Assembly: GCA_046483445.1 (NCBI GenBank)
Contig: JAWODD010000031.1
Location: forward strand, 65,397 to 129,396
Direction of reading: 5' to 3'
Length of the DNA stretch: 64,000 nt
DNA from: Bacillota bacterium
GTDB taxonomy: Bacteria; Bacillota; Dethiobacteria; DTU022
Made by a program: the position numbers and the translations under genes. The notes beneath the pieces were generated by a model. That model had not been told where the DNA came from. It did not search any database and saw only the letters and a program-made list of their open reading frames with translations. Positions 1 to 8,126 of the stretch are shown here, piece after piece; positions within the stretch are counted from its first letter, which is position 1, and each line of letters opens with the position of its first letter.

Positions 1-282
1 GGTTGTTTCAATGTCGAGAAAAATTGCTTTTCGGGGATCAAAGTCATTAAAGCTGCTGTCTCGGGAAGGCAGAGCCAGCCCAGGACCGCGGCAGTTTAAG
101 ACCGCAAAAAGGTTACTTCTACCATGTAAGTGATCCAGGGGAAAGTACAACTCCCGGAGATAACAGCGTCCAAATGGGGTTTTTTCTTCCCGGTCTTCAC
201 AGGGGAAAAGGCTTTTAAACTGATTGTTTTCATGTGTTTCGGCAACCTGTCTAGCGGTTTTGATCTCGCCGGTTTTTTGCAT
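1..282 (-). CDS. DnaQ-like 3'-5' exonuclease, N-terminal part (MrfB/YprB-like). The gene is partial and runs off the window edge.
   Basis: Minus-strand ATG at 282 lies about 30 nt downstream of the helicase stop. The translation MQKTGEIKTARQ...RKAIFLDIETT contains the Exo I motif (FLDIETT) of DEDD/DnaQ exonucleases. It is absent from the ORF track because no in-window stop is present. Confidence 0.5.
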   Translation of the reverse strand, partial: MQKTGEIKTARQVAETHENNQFKSLFPCEDREEKTPFGRCYLRELYFPLDHLHGRSNLFAVLNCRGPGLALPSRDSSFNDFDPRKAIFLDIETT

Positions 283-311
283 TGTGGATAAACGTGAACC
301 GAGGTTTCGCT

Positions 312-2576
312 TCATTTTTGGATCACCTCGATTAAATCCAGAGCTTGTTTTTTGCCCGGTTCTCTGCCCTGGGAGGCGGGACCGATACAGGAAGGGCAAC
401 CTTCAGAACACTGACAATCTGTAATTACTTTTCGGGCGGCTTCAAAAATTTCTTTGTAGTTGTTGTATATTTCTTCACTGTAGCCGACTCCACCGGGGAA
501 GTTGTCGTAGAGGTAAAGGGTGGGCAGTTCGGTAAAAGGTGCTTTCACCTGGCTAACGGCTCGTAAATCCCTGGGGTCACCCATCAAGAAAAACGACGCC
601 ACCTGGGGAAGCAGATTGGCCAGGCCGATCAGCCCGGATTGGACCGCTGAAAAGGGCATATTTCCGTAAGCTTCGCGGGTAAGAGAGATCCAAAAAGCGG
701 TGGTGTGCATCTCTGTTTCAGGAAGATCAACCGGTCCGGCCCCTAAATTTTCATGGGTGTTAAAGCGAATTTTTTTAAACATTGAAACCAGGGCATTGAT
801 GCGCACATCACCCCAGGCCCGGTTTACGCGGCCACTTTCCTGGTTGTAAAGATCAAGAATTTTTAGGTCAACTGAGAGGTTGGCATCGGTGAAATAGCTA
901 ACCGCTACTTCGCGCACGTAAGCTTTTTTTTCCTCAAAATCAAATTCTTCTACCTGGTACTGCTTTCCCCCGTGCATGTAAATAGCTTCTTCATGGACCA
1001 GCATCGGGGCGCTGAAACGGTCGACTTCACCAATTACCCGTCTTTTTGGATCGGTGATATCAATGATTACCACATTTTCCCTGGTGGCGCTGCGCAGGCT
1101 GATTTCTTCAGCCGGGTAAGTATCCTCCATCCAGTGAAAACGTCCGTCACTAAAGTAGAGAACATCTTCTTGCTCTAAGAAATTAAGAATTTCTTCTATC
1201 TCCGCTCTGCCGAACTTTTCGTTTTGGTTGAATGGTAGTTCAAAGGCGGCACAGCGAATGTGGTTGGTTAAAATAATCAGGTTATCCGGATCGGCCAGGG
1301 CCCGTTCCGGTGTTCGCCCGAAAAAGTAATCGGGGTTGGAGGCAATATACTGGTTGAGCGGTTCGCTGTTGGCGATCAGAACGGCCAGGGAAGTCCCGCT
1401 CCTTCGCCCCGAGCGGCCGGCCTGCTGCCAGGTGCTGGCAATACTGCCCGGGTAGCCGGTCATCAGGCAGGCATCAAGTGCGCCGATGTCAATTCCCAGT
1501 TCCAGGGCGTTGGTGCTGATCACACCTTTAACAGAGTCATTACGCAAGCCTTCTTCAATGGCCCGCCGTTCTTTTGGCAGGTAGCCGCCGCGGTAGCCTT
1601 TGATGGTACTGTTTTCCCCGGGCCGGCTTTTAAGGCCCTGGTTTAGGTAAGTGAGAAGTACTTCCACGTTCAGGCGGCTGCGGGTAAATATAATTGTTTG
1701 GATTTCTTTAGCTATCAGTTGCTCGGCCAGGGTTTTTGCTTCCAACAGTGAACTGCGCCGCAAGCCCAATTCCCGGTTTACAACCGGGGGATTGTAAAAA
1801 ATGAAATGTTTTTCTGCCTGGGGAGCCCCGTTTTCAGAGATTACTTCCAAAGGTTCTTCAATTAGCTGGCCGGCCAGTTCACCCGGGTTGGCGATGGTTG
1901 CCGAACAGAGAATAAACCTGGGGTTTGAACCGTAAAAAGCGCAGATGCGTTTTAGCCTGCGGACCACGTTGGCAACATGACTGCCGAAAACCCCTCGGTA
2001 CTGGTGCATCTCGTCGATAACTATATATTTAAGGTTTTGAAAAAGCTGGATCCACTTGGTGTGATGGGGCAGAATAGCCGAGTGGAGCATATCCGGGTTG
2101 GTTACTATAATGTGACCGCTGCGGCGTATCTTTTGGCGCAGACCGGGATCGGTATCCCCGTCGTAAGTTTGGCAGTAAAGTGGTGTTTCCAAATCTGAGG
2201 CCAACTCTCGCAGTTCGGTTACCTGGTCCCGGGAAAGGGCTTTAGTAGGAAAAAGATAAAGAGCCCTGCTGGTAGGATCATTGATTAAAGAACTAACTAC
2301 CGGCAGATTGTAACACAGGGTTTTGCCTGAAGCGGTAGGAGTGACTACCACTACATGAGAATGGTGGTTTAAAATGCTGTCAACCGCTTTTGTCTGGTGA
2401 CTGTAAAGCTTTTCGATCCCTCTTTTTTTTAAAGCTTCCTGGAGTTGCTGATCCAGTCCCGCAGGGAAATCCGCGTAATTGCCCTCCTTTTCCGGCACTG
2501 TTTCCCAGCGGGTAACGTTGCTCATAAATGAAGGGTCGTCTTTCCACTGGTTTAATGTTTCGATTAACTTAGACAT
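312..2576 (-). CDS. DEAD/DEAH-box helicase with C-terminal DUF1998 zinc-finger domain (MrfA/YprA-like, Lhr-related)
   Basis: Walker A motif TPTASGKT and DEAH-type box VIDEMH are present, followed by a helicase C domain. The C-terminal cysteine cluster CQCSEGCPSCIG is typical of DUF1998. At 754 aa it matches YprA/MrfA size. Confidence 0.85.
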   Translation of the reverse strand: MSKLIETLNQWKDDPSFMSNVTRWETVPEKEGNYADFPAGLDQQLQEALKKRGIEKLYSHQTKAVDSILNHHSHVVVVTPTASGKTLCYNLPVVSSLINDPTSRALYLFPTKALSRDQVTELRELASDLETPLYCQTYDGDTDPGLRQKIRRSGHIIVTNPDMLHSAILPHHTKWIQLFQNLKYIVIDEMHQYRGVFGSHVANVVRRLKRICAFYGSNPRFILCSATIANPGELAGQLIEEPLEVISENGAPQAEKHFIFYNPPVVNRELGLRRSSLLEAKTLAEQLIAKEIQTIIFTRSRLNVEVLLTYLNQGLKSRPGENSTIKGYRGGYLPKERRAIEEGLRNDSVKGVISTNALELGIDIGALDACLMTGYPGSIASTWQQAGRSGRRSGTSLAVLIANSEPLNQYIASNPDYFFGRTPERALADPDNLIILTNHIRCAAFELPFNQNEKFGRAEIEEILNFLEQEDVLYFSDGRFHWMEDTYPAEEISLRSATRENVVIIDITDPKRRVIGEVDRFSAPMLVHEEAIYMHGGKQYQVEEFDFEEKKAYVREVAVSYFTDANLSVDLKILDLYNQESGRVNRAWGDVRINALVSMFKKIRFNTHENLGAGPVDLPETEMHTTAFWISLTREAYGNMPFSAVQSGLIGLANLLPQVASFFLMGDPRDLRAVSQVKAPFTELPTLYLYDNFPGGVGYSEEIYNNYKEIFEAARKVITDCQCSEGCPSCIGPASQGREPGKKQALDLIEVIQK

Positions 2577-2751
2577 TTATGCTTTACCACCTTAAACATA
2601 AGTTTGCACTGATTGTTATATTGATTCGACATAATTTAAAATAAATCCTACTAAGATTAAAATCTTTCTAGCGGTTTAACATTTTCATGTAAAAAGAGGG
2701 TTAGTATCTTCTCGACCACTACCGGGCTGTTGGTTAAATAGCCTGAAATGA

Positions 2752-2778
2752 AAACCCTGCTCGCAGATCGTTCAGGCA
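2752..2778. repeat. 27-nt intergenic motif CCTGAAATGAAAACCCTGCTCGCAGAT, copy A (25/27 identical to copy B at 41638-41664)
   Basis: Both copies are flanked upstream by CCGGGCT and TTAAAT. Each contains a short palindrome (CTGCTCGCAG / CTGCTAGCAG). Confidence 0.6.
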
Positions 2779-2985
2779 AGAATTGCAAATGTACAGAATG
2801 TATATAAAAATATATTATTTTTCTTCCGCTCGTACCAATGATTTTTCGGATAATTTCTAGTAATATTGTAGATACGGTTCTAAGACGCTACTAAGACGGT
2901 TCCGGTTCTAGGGACGGTTCTAGTGTCACCGTAGCAGAGCGGAGGTCCGGCAGGGAAGACAATGGAACCGTCCCCTGGCATGCTA

Positions 2986-2994
2986 TGCTATAAT
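2986..2994 (+). promoter_or_regulatory. Extended -10 promoter element (TGcTATAAT) directed toward kamA
   Basis: TG-n-TATAAT lies about 130 nt upstream of the kamA ATG. It sits immediately after the 10-bp inverted repeat GGGACGGTTC / GAACCGTCCC (2911-2920 and 2965-2974). Confidence 0.4.
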
Positions 2995-3029
2995 AGGGTC
3001 AAGGTTTCCGGGCTTTTATGTAGTAAGCT

Positions 3030-3057
3030 AAAGAGGACCTTTGAAAGAGGACCTTTG
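3030..3057 (+). repeat. Perfect tandem duplication of a 14-bp unit (AAAGAGGACCTTTG x2) in the kamA 5' leader
   Basis: Read directly from the sequence. It lies between the predicted -10 (2989-2994) and the kamA RBS. Confidence 0.8.
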
Positions 3058-3119
3058 CCGAATAATTTAGCTAAGGTTAGCCGGAATTATTTGGCATATA
3101 TTTCAAGGAGGGTTAATAT

Positions 3120-4376
3120 ATGACCAAAACAGTTAAGGATAATTTCATTGAAAAAGCCTCTCCAGAGGATTGGAAAAATTGGAAGTGGCAGTTAAAAAAT
3201 AGAATAACAGAAATTGATACTTTAAAAGAAGTAATTAATTTAAGCAGTGAAGAGGAAAAAGGGGTAAAGGAAGCATTGAAATATTTAAGGATGGCAATCA
3301 CCCCTTATTATGCCAGCCTGATCGATAAAGATAATCCCAGGTGCCCCATTCGCCTGCAATCAGTACCCACTATCTCTGAAACAAAAATGGGCACTTCCGA
3401 CCTGGAAGATCCCCTCGATGAGGATATCGATTCCCCGGTAACCGGTATAACGCACCGTTATCCGGATAGAGTACTTTTTTTGGTTACCGACCAGTGCAGT
3501 ATGTACTGCAGACATTGCACCAGGAGAAGGATAGCCGGCCATAAAGACAAAGCTTATACCAGGGAACAGATCGATGCTTCTATTAATTATATTAAAGAGA
3601 CTCCCCAGGTCAGGGATGTCTTGATTTCCGGTGGAGACGGTTTTTTGATTTCCGATGAGATGATCGAATATATAGTGCACAATTTACGGAATATACCCCA
3701 TGTAGAGATAATAAGGTTTGGCACTCGCACCCCCGTGGTTATGCCCCAACGAATCACTGATGATTTGTTATCGATTTTGAAAAAATATCAACCTATCTGG
3801 ATTAACACGCATTTTAATCACCCCAAAGAAATAACCGGTGAGTCCATAGAAGCATCTGAAAAAATTGTTGATGCCGGGATTCCTCTGGGCAATCAAACTG
3901 TGCTTCTCAAGGGAATCAATGATTGTCCTTTGATCATGAAAAATTTGATGCATGAACTGGTTAAAATAAGGATCAGGCCTTATTACCTTTACCAGTGCGA
4001 TTTATCTAAAGGGATCGAGCATTTCCGCACTCCGATAGCTACAGGCTTGGAAATTATTGAAGCACTTCGCGGGCATACCAGCGGTTTTGCAGTACCCACA
4101 TTTGTGGTAGATGCGCCGGGTGGTGGCGGTAAAACCCCGGTGATGCCGCAGTACGTGCTTACTCAGTCTACGAATTCGGTTATTTTAAGAAACTATGAAG
4201 GAGTAATAAGTTGTTACCGGGAGCCCAGTGACCGGCAAAGAGGCTGCGGAAAAACAGATTGCACTGAATGTTACAAAGATGAATATCCTGTAGATGGGCC
4301 CTTCAAATTGTTGAGCAGTAGTGAAATAAGTATTGAACCGAAAGGTTTGCAGAGGCGGAAGCGCTCTGAAAAATAA
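3120..4376 (+). CDS. kamA: Lysine 2,3-aminomutase (radical SAM, PLP)
   Basis: The KamA-type radical SAM motif CSMYCRHCTRRR is present. The protein is about 418 aa and the N-terminus is strongly KamA-like (ITPYYASLID). RBS AAGGAGGG precedes the ATG. Confidence 0.9.
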   Translation: MTKTVKDNFIEKASPEDWKNWKWQLKNRITEIDTLKEVINLSSEEEKGVKEALKYLRMAITPYYASLIDKDNPRCPIRLQSVPTISETKMGTSDLEDPLDEDIDSPVTGITHRYPDRVLFLVTDQCSMYCRHCTRRRIAGHKDKAYTREQIDASINYIKETPQVRDVLISGGDGFLISDEMIEYIVHNLRNIPHVEIIRFGTRTPVVMPQRITDDLLSILKKYQPIWINTHFNHPKEITGESIEASEKIVDAGIPLGNQTVLLKGINDCPLIMKNLMHELVKIRIRPYYLYQCDLSKGIEHFRTPIATGLEIIEALRGHTSGFAVPTFVVDAPGGGGKTPVMPQYVLTQSTNSVILRNYEGVISCYREPSDRQRGCGKTDCTECYKDEYPVDGPFKLLSSSEISIEPKGLQRRKRSEK

Positions 4377-4502
4377 GAGATGGGCAAAAAAATTACAGAT
4401 AGGGTTAGTTTACATATTTTGTAATTGAAGAGTTTTTACTCCAGGAATTGGCGCAGCATTATTTTAAAGCAGTATATTTTATAAACACCGGAGGTAAAAG
4501 AT

Positions 4503-5540
4503 ATGCGCAGAGGCTGCCCTTATGGGACCCACCGGGTAGTGGAACCGGAAGGTTTACTGCCCCAACCGGCCTGGAAGCTAGATAACAATCTCGAAATTTA
4601 TGACAATGAAGTCTTAATTGATGTCGAAGTTTTAAATATTGATTCTGCAAGCTTTACTCAAATTGAAGAAGAAGCCGGCGGTGATGAAGCAAAGATTGCT
4701 GAAATAGTAACAGGTCTGGTTGAAAAAAGAGGAAAACACCACAACCCGGTAACCGGATCCGGGGGGATGCTGATTGGCAGAGTAGAAAAAATTGGTAAAG
4801 ATTTAGAAGGCAAAATCCCCCTTACAGTTGGACAAAGGCTTGCTACACTTGTTTCCTTATCTCTTACTCCCCTCAAAATTGAACGAGTCAAGAAAATTCA
4901 TAAAGATATTGATCAGGTGGAAATCGAGGGCAAAGCCATTCTCTTTGAGAGCGGCATATATGCTGTTTTGCCCGATGATTTGCCGCAGACACTCGCTCTG
5001 GCTGTGCTTGATGTTGCCGGGGCGGCTGCTCAGACAGCTAAGCTGGTCAAACCGGGAGACCGGGTGGTAATTATCGGAGCGGGTGGTAAATCGGGCCTTT
5101 TATGTTTGCATGAAGCAAGGAAACGGGCCGGTGTTACCGGGCAGGTGATTGGCATTGCTCCGCGTGAAAAGAGCAAAAAGAGGGCAGAATCAACCGGTTA
5201 CTGCGATCAGGTGCTGGTAGCGGATGCTTCAGACGCTCTGGGTATCATGAAAAAAGTGGAGGAAGCCACCGGTGGACAGATGGCTGATCTAACCATCAAC
5301 TGTGTTAATATATCTAATACGGAACTTGGTTCCATACTGGCAACCCGCGATGGGGGGCTGGTTTACTTTTTCAGCATGGCTACAAACTTTACCTCCGCAG
5401 CCCTGGGCGCGGAGGGAGTGGGCAAAGATGTTGATATGATCATTGGAAATGGTTATACGAGAGGCCATGATCAGATTTCCCTGCAAATTATGCGTGAAAG
5501 CCCGGTGTTGCGAAAGATTTTCGATCAACTCTACACTTAA
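4503..5540 (+). CDS. Putative L-erythro-3,5-diaminohexanoate dehydrogenase (Kdd-like NAD(P) oxidoreductase)
   Basis: At 345 aa it matches Kdd size. Rossmann motif VVIIGAGGKSGLL is present. It sits between kamA and a kce-like gene as in lysine-fermentation clusters. A GGAGG RBS precedes it. The assignment rests on recalled family resemblance and is not verified. Confidence 0.5.
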   Translation: MRRGCPYGTHRVVEPEGLLPQPAWKLDNNLEIYDNEVLIDVEVLNIDSASFTQIEEEAGGDEAKIAEIVTGLVEKRGKHHNPVTGSGGMLIGRVEKIGKDLEGKIPLTVGQRLATLVSLSLTPLKIERVKKIHKDIDQVEIEGKAILFESGIYAVLPDDLPQTLALAVLDVAGAAAQTAKLVKPGDRVVIIGAGGKSGLLCLHEARKRAGVTGQVIGIAPREKSKKRAESTGYCDQVLVADASDALGIMKKVEEATGGQMADLTINCVNISNTELGSILATRDGGLVYFFSMATNFTSAALGAEGVGKDVDMIIGNGYTRGHDQISLQIMRESPVLRKIFDQLYT

Positions 5541-5647
5541 ACCTGTAAAGGACTGATGGGCATTTCAGGAAATATTTGTTTCCACCGCTTATTTCTCCTC
5601 ACAGGAGTAAAATTTGCATAATATAAATAAAAAGGAGCGGATATGTA

Positions 5648-6799
5648 ATGCGGGGAGCAGTAGTTGGCGGCAGCGGGGAAATGGGCTCCGCAGCTTCTTA
5701 TGATCTGGTGAGAAGTGAAGGGGCAGAAGAAATTGTCCTGCTTAGCCGAAGCGCCAAAAAAGAGAACCTCCACCCAAAGCTGGCTAATAGTGATAAAGTA
5801 TCGGTAAAAAACGTAGATGTCCTTGATACAGACAAACTGGTTAATGAATTGAAAGGTTTTGACGTGGTGGTAAACTGCGTGGGTCCTTTTTATTCTACCG
5901 GTTACCGGGTGGTTCAGGCAGCAATTAAAGCAGGGGTAAACTATGTAGATATTGATGATGATTATGATTCAGTTAAAATCATGCTTGATCCGGAGCTGGA
6001 CAGACAGGCTAAAGAAGCGGGCATAACTGTGCTTTATTCTATGGGAGCTGATCCCGGAACCGCTAATATCCTGGCCAAGTTGGCCTGCGAACAAATGGAC
6101 CAGGTCGATTCGGTGGATTTTTTCTGGGTGCTGGGCGCTTCTGATTGTAAAGGTAAAGCGGTTTGGGAGCATGTTTTACACATGAATACAGGGATAGTTC
6201 CCCAGTTTATTGATGGTAAACTTCAGGATGTGCCGGCTGGTTCCGAAGGTGAAGTAGTTGATTTTATTGAACCATTTGGTCCCTGTGAAGTCCATTTTGT
6301 CGGTCACCCCGAGCCGCTGACTTTTCCCCGGTATTATAAAGACAAGGGGATCAAACGGGTGGTTAACAAAGGTGGCCTGCTGCCGCACTGGGTAAATGAG
6401 GCGATTAAAGTGCAAAACCAGTGGGGATTTACTGGAACGGAGCCCCTTGAAGTGGAAGGGCATGAAATTGCGCCTCGCGAAATGGCCTTGGAACTGTGGC
6501 GCCAGCGCCCTCCCGCAGAGGATTTGGATGATTACACTTCCGGGGTTAAAGTGGTAGTTAAGGGCACCTGCGGTGGTGAGGCAGTCACGATCAGTTACGA
6601 TCTAGCCGGCAATACAGCGCCAGGAACAGGCATCCCCGCTTCGATTGGAGCCCAAATGATTGCCAGGGGAGAGGTTACCGAAAAAGGAGTGCTGGCCCCG
6701 GAAGCCTGCATTGATCCGGAAACATACTTGAAAGAATTTGTGAAAAGGAAAGCGGTTATTTATGAAAGCCGTGAATCGCGGCGAGTTATTCAAAAATAA
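5648..6799 (+). CDS. Saccharopine dehydrogenase family NAD(P)-binding oxidoreductase
   Basis: N-terminal GxGxxG motif (AVVGGSGEMGSAASYDL) is typical of Sacchrp_dh_NADP. The protein is 383 aa and an AAGGAG RBS precedes it. Confidence 0.6.
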   Translation: MRGAVVGGSGEMGSAASYDLVRSEGAEEIVLLSRSAKKENLHPKLANSDKVSVKNVDVLDTDKLVNELKGFDVVVNCVGPFYSTGYRVVQAAIKAGVNYVDIDDDYDSVKIMLDPELDRQAKEAGITVLYSMGADPGTANILAKLACEQMDQVDSVDFFWVLGASDCKGKAVWEHVLHMNTGIVPQFIDGKLQDVPAGSEGEVVDFIEPFGPCEVHFVGHPEPLTFPRYYKDKGIKRVVNKGGLLPHWVNEAIKVQNQWGFTGTEPLEVEGHEIAPREMALELWRQRPPAEDLDDYTSGVKVVVKGTCGGEAVTISYDLAGNTAPGTGIPASIGAQMIARGEVTEKGVLAPEACIDPETYLKEFVKRKAVIYESRESRRVIQK

Positions 6800-6858
6800 A
6801 AGCGTCAGTAAAAGAGGCAACCTCAGTAAAAGAGGCAACCAAGGGGAGTGAAATATGG

Positions 6859-8103
6859 ATGGAGGAAAAGCCAAAATTAAATCTTGAAAAATCAATGTCT
6901 ATGTTTGAAGAGGCCAAGCGGATTTCTCCCGGTGGGGTAATGGGGATCAGGCGCCCCTATAACTTTGTTGAAGGTGAATATCCGATTTTCCTCGACTACG
7001 GGTATGACGGCCATATAGTCGATGTAGACGGCAATGACTATATTGATATGCTGTGCGCTTACGGCCCCATAATTTTGGGTTACAATGAACCGGAAATTAA
7101 CCGGGCTGTAATAGAGCGGATGGACAAAGGGTTTTGTTTTTCCCTGGTCCAGCCGGTCCAGAATGAACTGATTAAACGGGTTATCGAGATTATGCCATCA
7201 GCGGAAATGGCTTTGTTGGTAAAGACCGGGTCCGATGCGACCAGTGTGGCAATCCGTTTAGCCCGGGGTTATACTGGAAAGGATATGATTTTGCGTCATG
7301 GTTATCACGGCTGGCACGACTGGTGTGTGGAGGTGCAGGGCGGTGTTCCGCAAGCTGTGCGGAATTTAACCGAAGAGTTTCCCTACGGAGATTTGGCAAC
7401 CCTGGAAAAATTGTTGAAAGAAAACAAAGGCGAGGTGGCGGCAATAATGATCACTCCGGTTGGGCATCCCCTGGGTCAACCGGTAACAGCACCACCCGAA
7501 GGTTACCTGGAAGGGGTGCGCTCATTAGCCGATCAGTATGATTGCGTGTTGATTTTTGACGAAATCCGCACCGGGTTTCGAGTAGCCATGGGGGGAGCCC
7601 AGGAACGCTATGGAGTAACCCCGGATGTGACTGCAATTGGGAAAGCAATGGCCAATGGTTATGCTATCAGCGCCTGTGTTGGTAAGGAAGATATTATGAA
7701 GGTTGCAGAAAAGGATGTGTTTATCAGTTCCACTTTCTTTCCCAACAGCCTGGAAATGGTTGCAGCGATGAAGTGTATTGACATCCTGGAACGTGAGCAG
7801 GTGCTGGATAGAATTTGGGAACGTGGGCAGGAATTTTTGGATAAACTTAATAAAATTGTAGCTGATTCGGGGGTGCCGGTAACAGCTTCCGGTATTCCGC
7901 CCATGCCTTTTTTAACCTTTGACCGGGTTGACGACCAGTATAAACAGCGCCGTAAGCAATTTTATACCGAAACTATTCGCCGGGGGCTTTTTATCCAGCC
8001 CTATCATCACTGGTATATTTCTTACCGTCATACAGCTGAAGACCTGGAGTATGCCTTAAAAACAATTAAAGAAGGATTAGAAATAGTTGCCCATAAATAT
8101 TAA
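6859..8103 (+). CDS. Class-III (GSA-aminomutase-like) PLP aminotransferase. Candidate 3-aminobutyryl-CoA aminotransferase (Kat-like).
   Basis: The N-terminal pattern resembles HemL (SPGGVMG...YDVDGNDYIDM...GYTGKD...GYHGW). The protein is about 414 aa. It is embedded in the kamA/kce operon rather than a hem operon. Confidence 0.65.
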   Translation: MEEKPKLNLEKSMSMFEEAKRISPGGVMGIRRPYNFVEGEYPIFLDYGYDGHIVDVDGNDYIDMLCAYGPIILGYNEPEINRAVIERMDKGFCFSLVQPVQNELIKRVIEIMPSAEMALLVKTGSDATSVAIRLARGYTGKDMILRHGYHGWHDWCVEVQGGVPQAVRNLTEEFPYGDLATLEKLLKENKGEVAAIMITPVGHPLGQPVTAPPEGYLEGVRSLADQYDCVLIFDEIRTGFRVAMGGAQERYGVTPDVTAIGKAMANGYAISACVGKEDIMKVAEKDVFISSTFFPNSLEMVAAMKCIDILEREQVLDRIWERGQEFLDKLNKIVADSGVPVTASGIPPMPFLTFDRVDDQYKQRRKQFYTETIRRGLFIQPYHHWYISYRHTAEDLEYALKTIKEGLEIVAHKY

Positions 8104-8126
8104 GCGCCGGCAGGGAGGTTGGATTA

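Noticed and set aside
224-566. Small plus-strand ORFs 224-424 and 345-566
   Set aside because: They overlap the 3' end of the helicase gene and the start of the exonuclease gene on the opposite strand. They have no RBS and low-complexity translations, so they are spurious.
2975-2994. Sigma-54 promoter-like TGGCATGCTATGC upstream of kamA
   Set aside because: The GG to GC spacing is 2 nt short of the -24/-12 consensus (TGGCAC-N5-TTGCW). The same bases form a good extended -10 sigma-A element (TGcTATAAT) instead.
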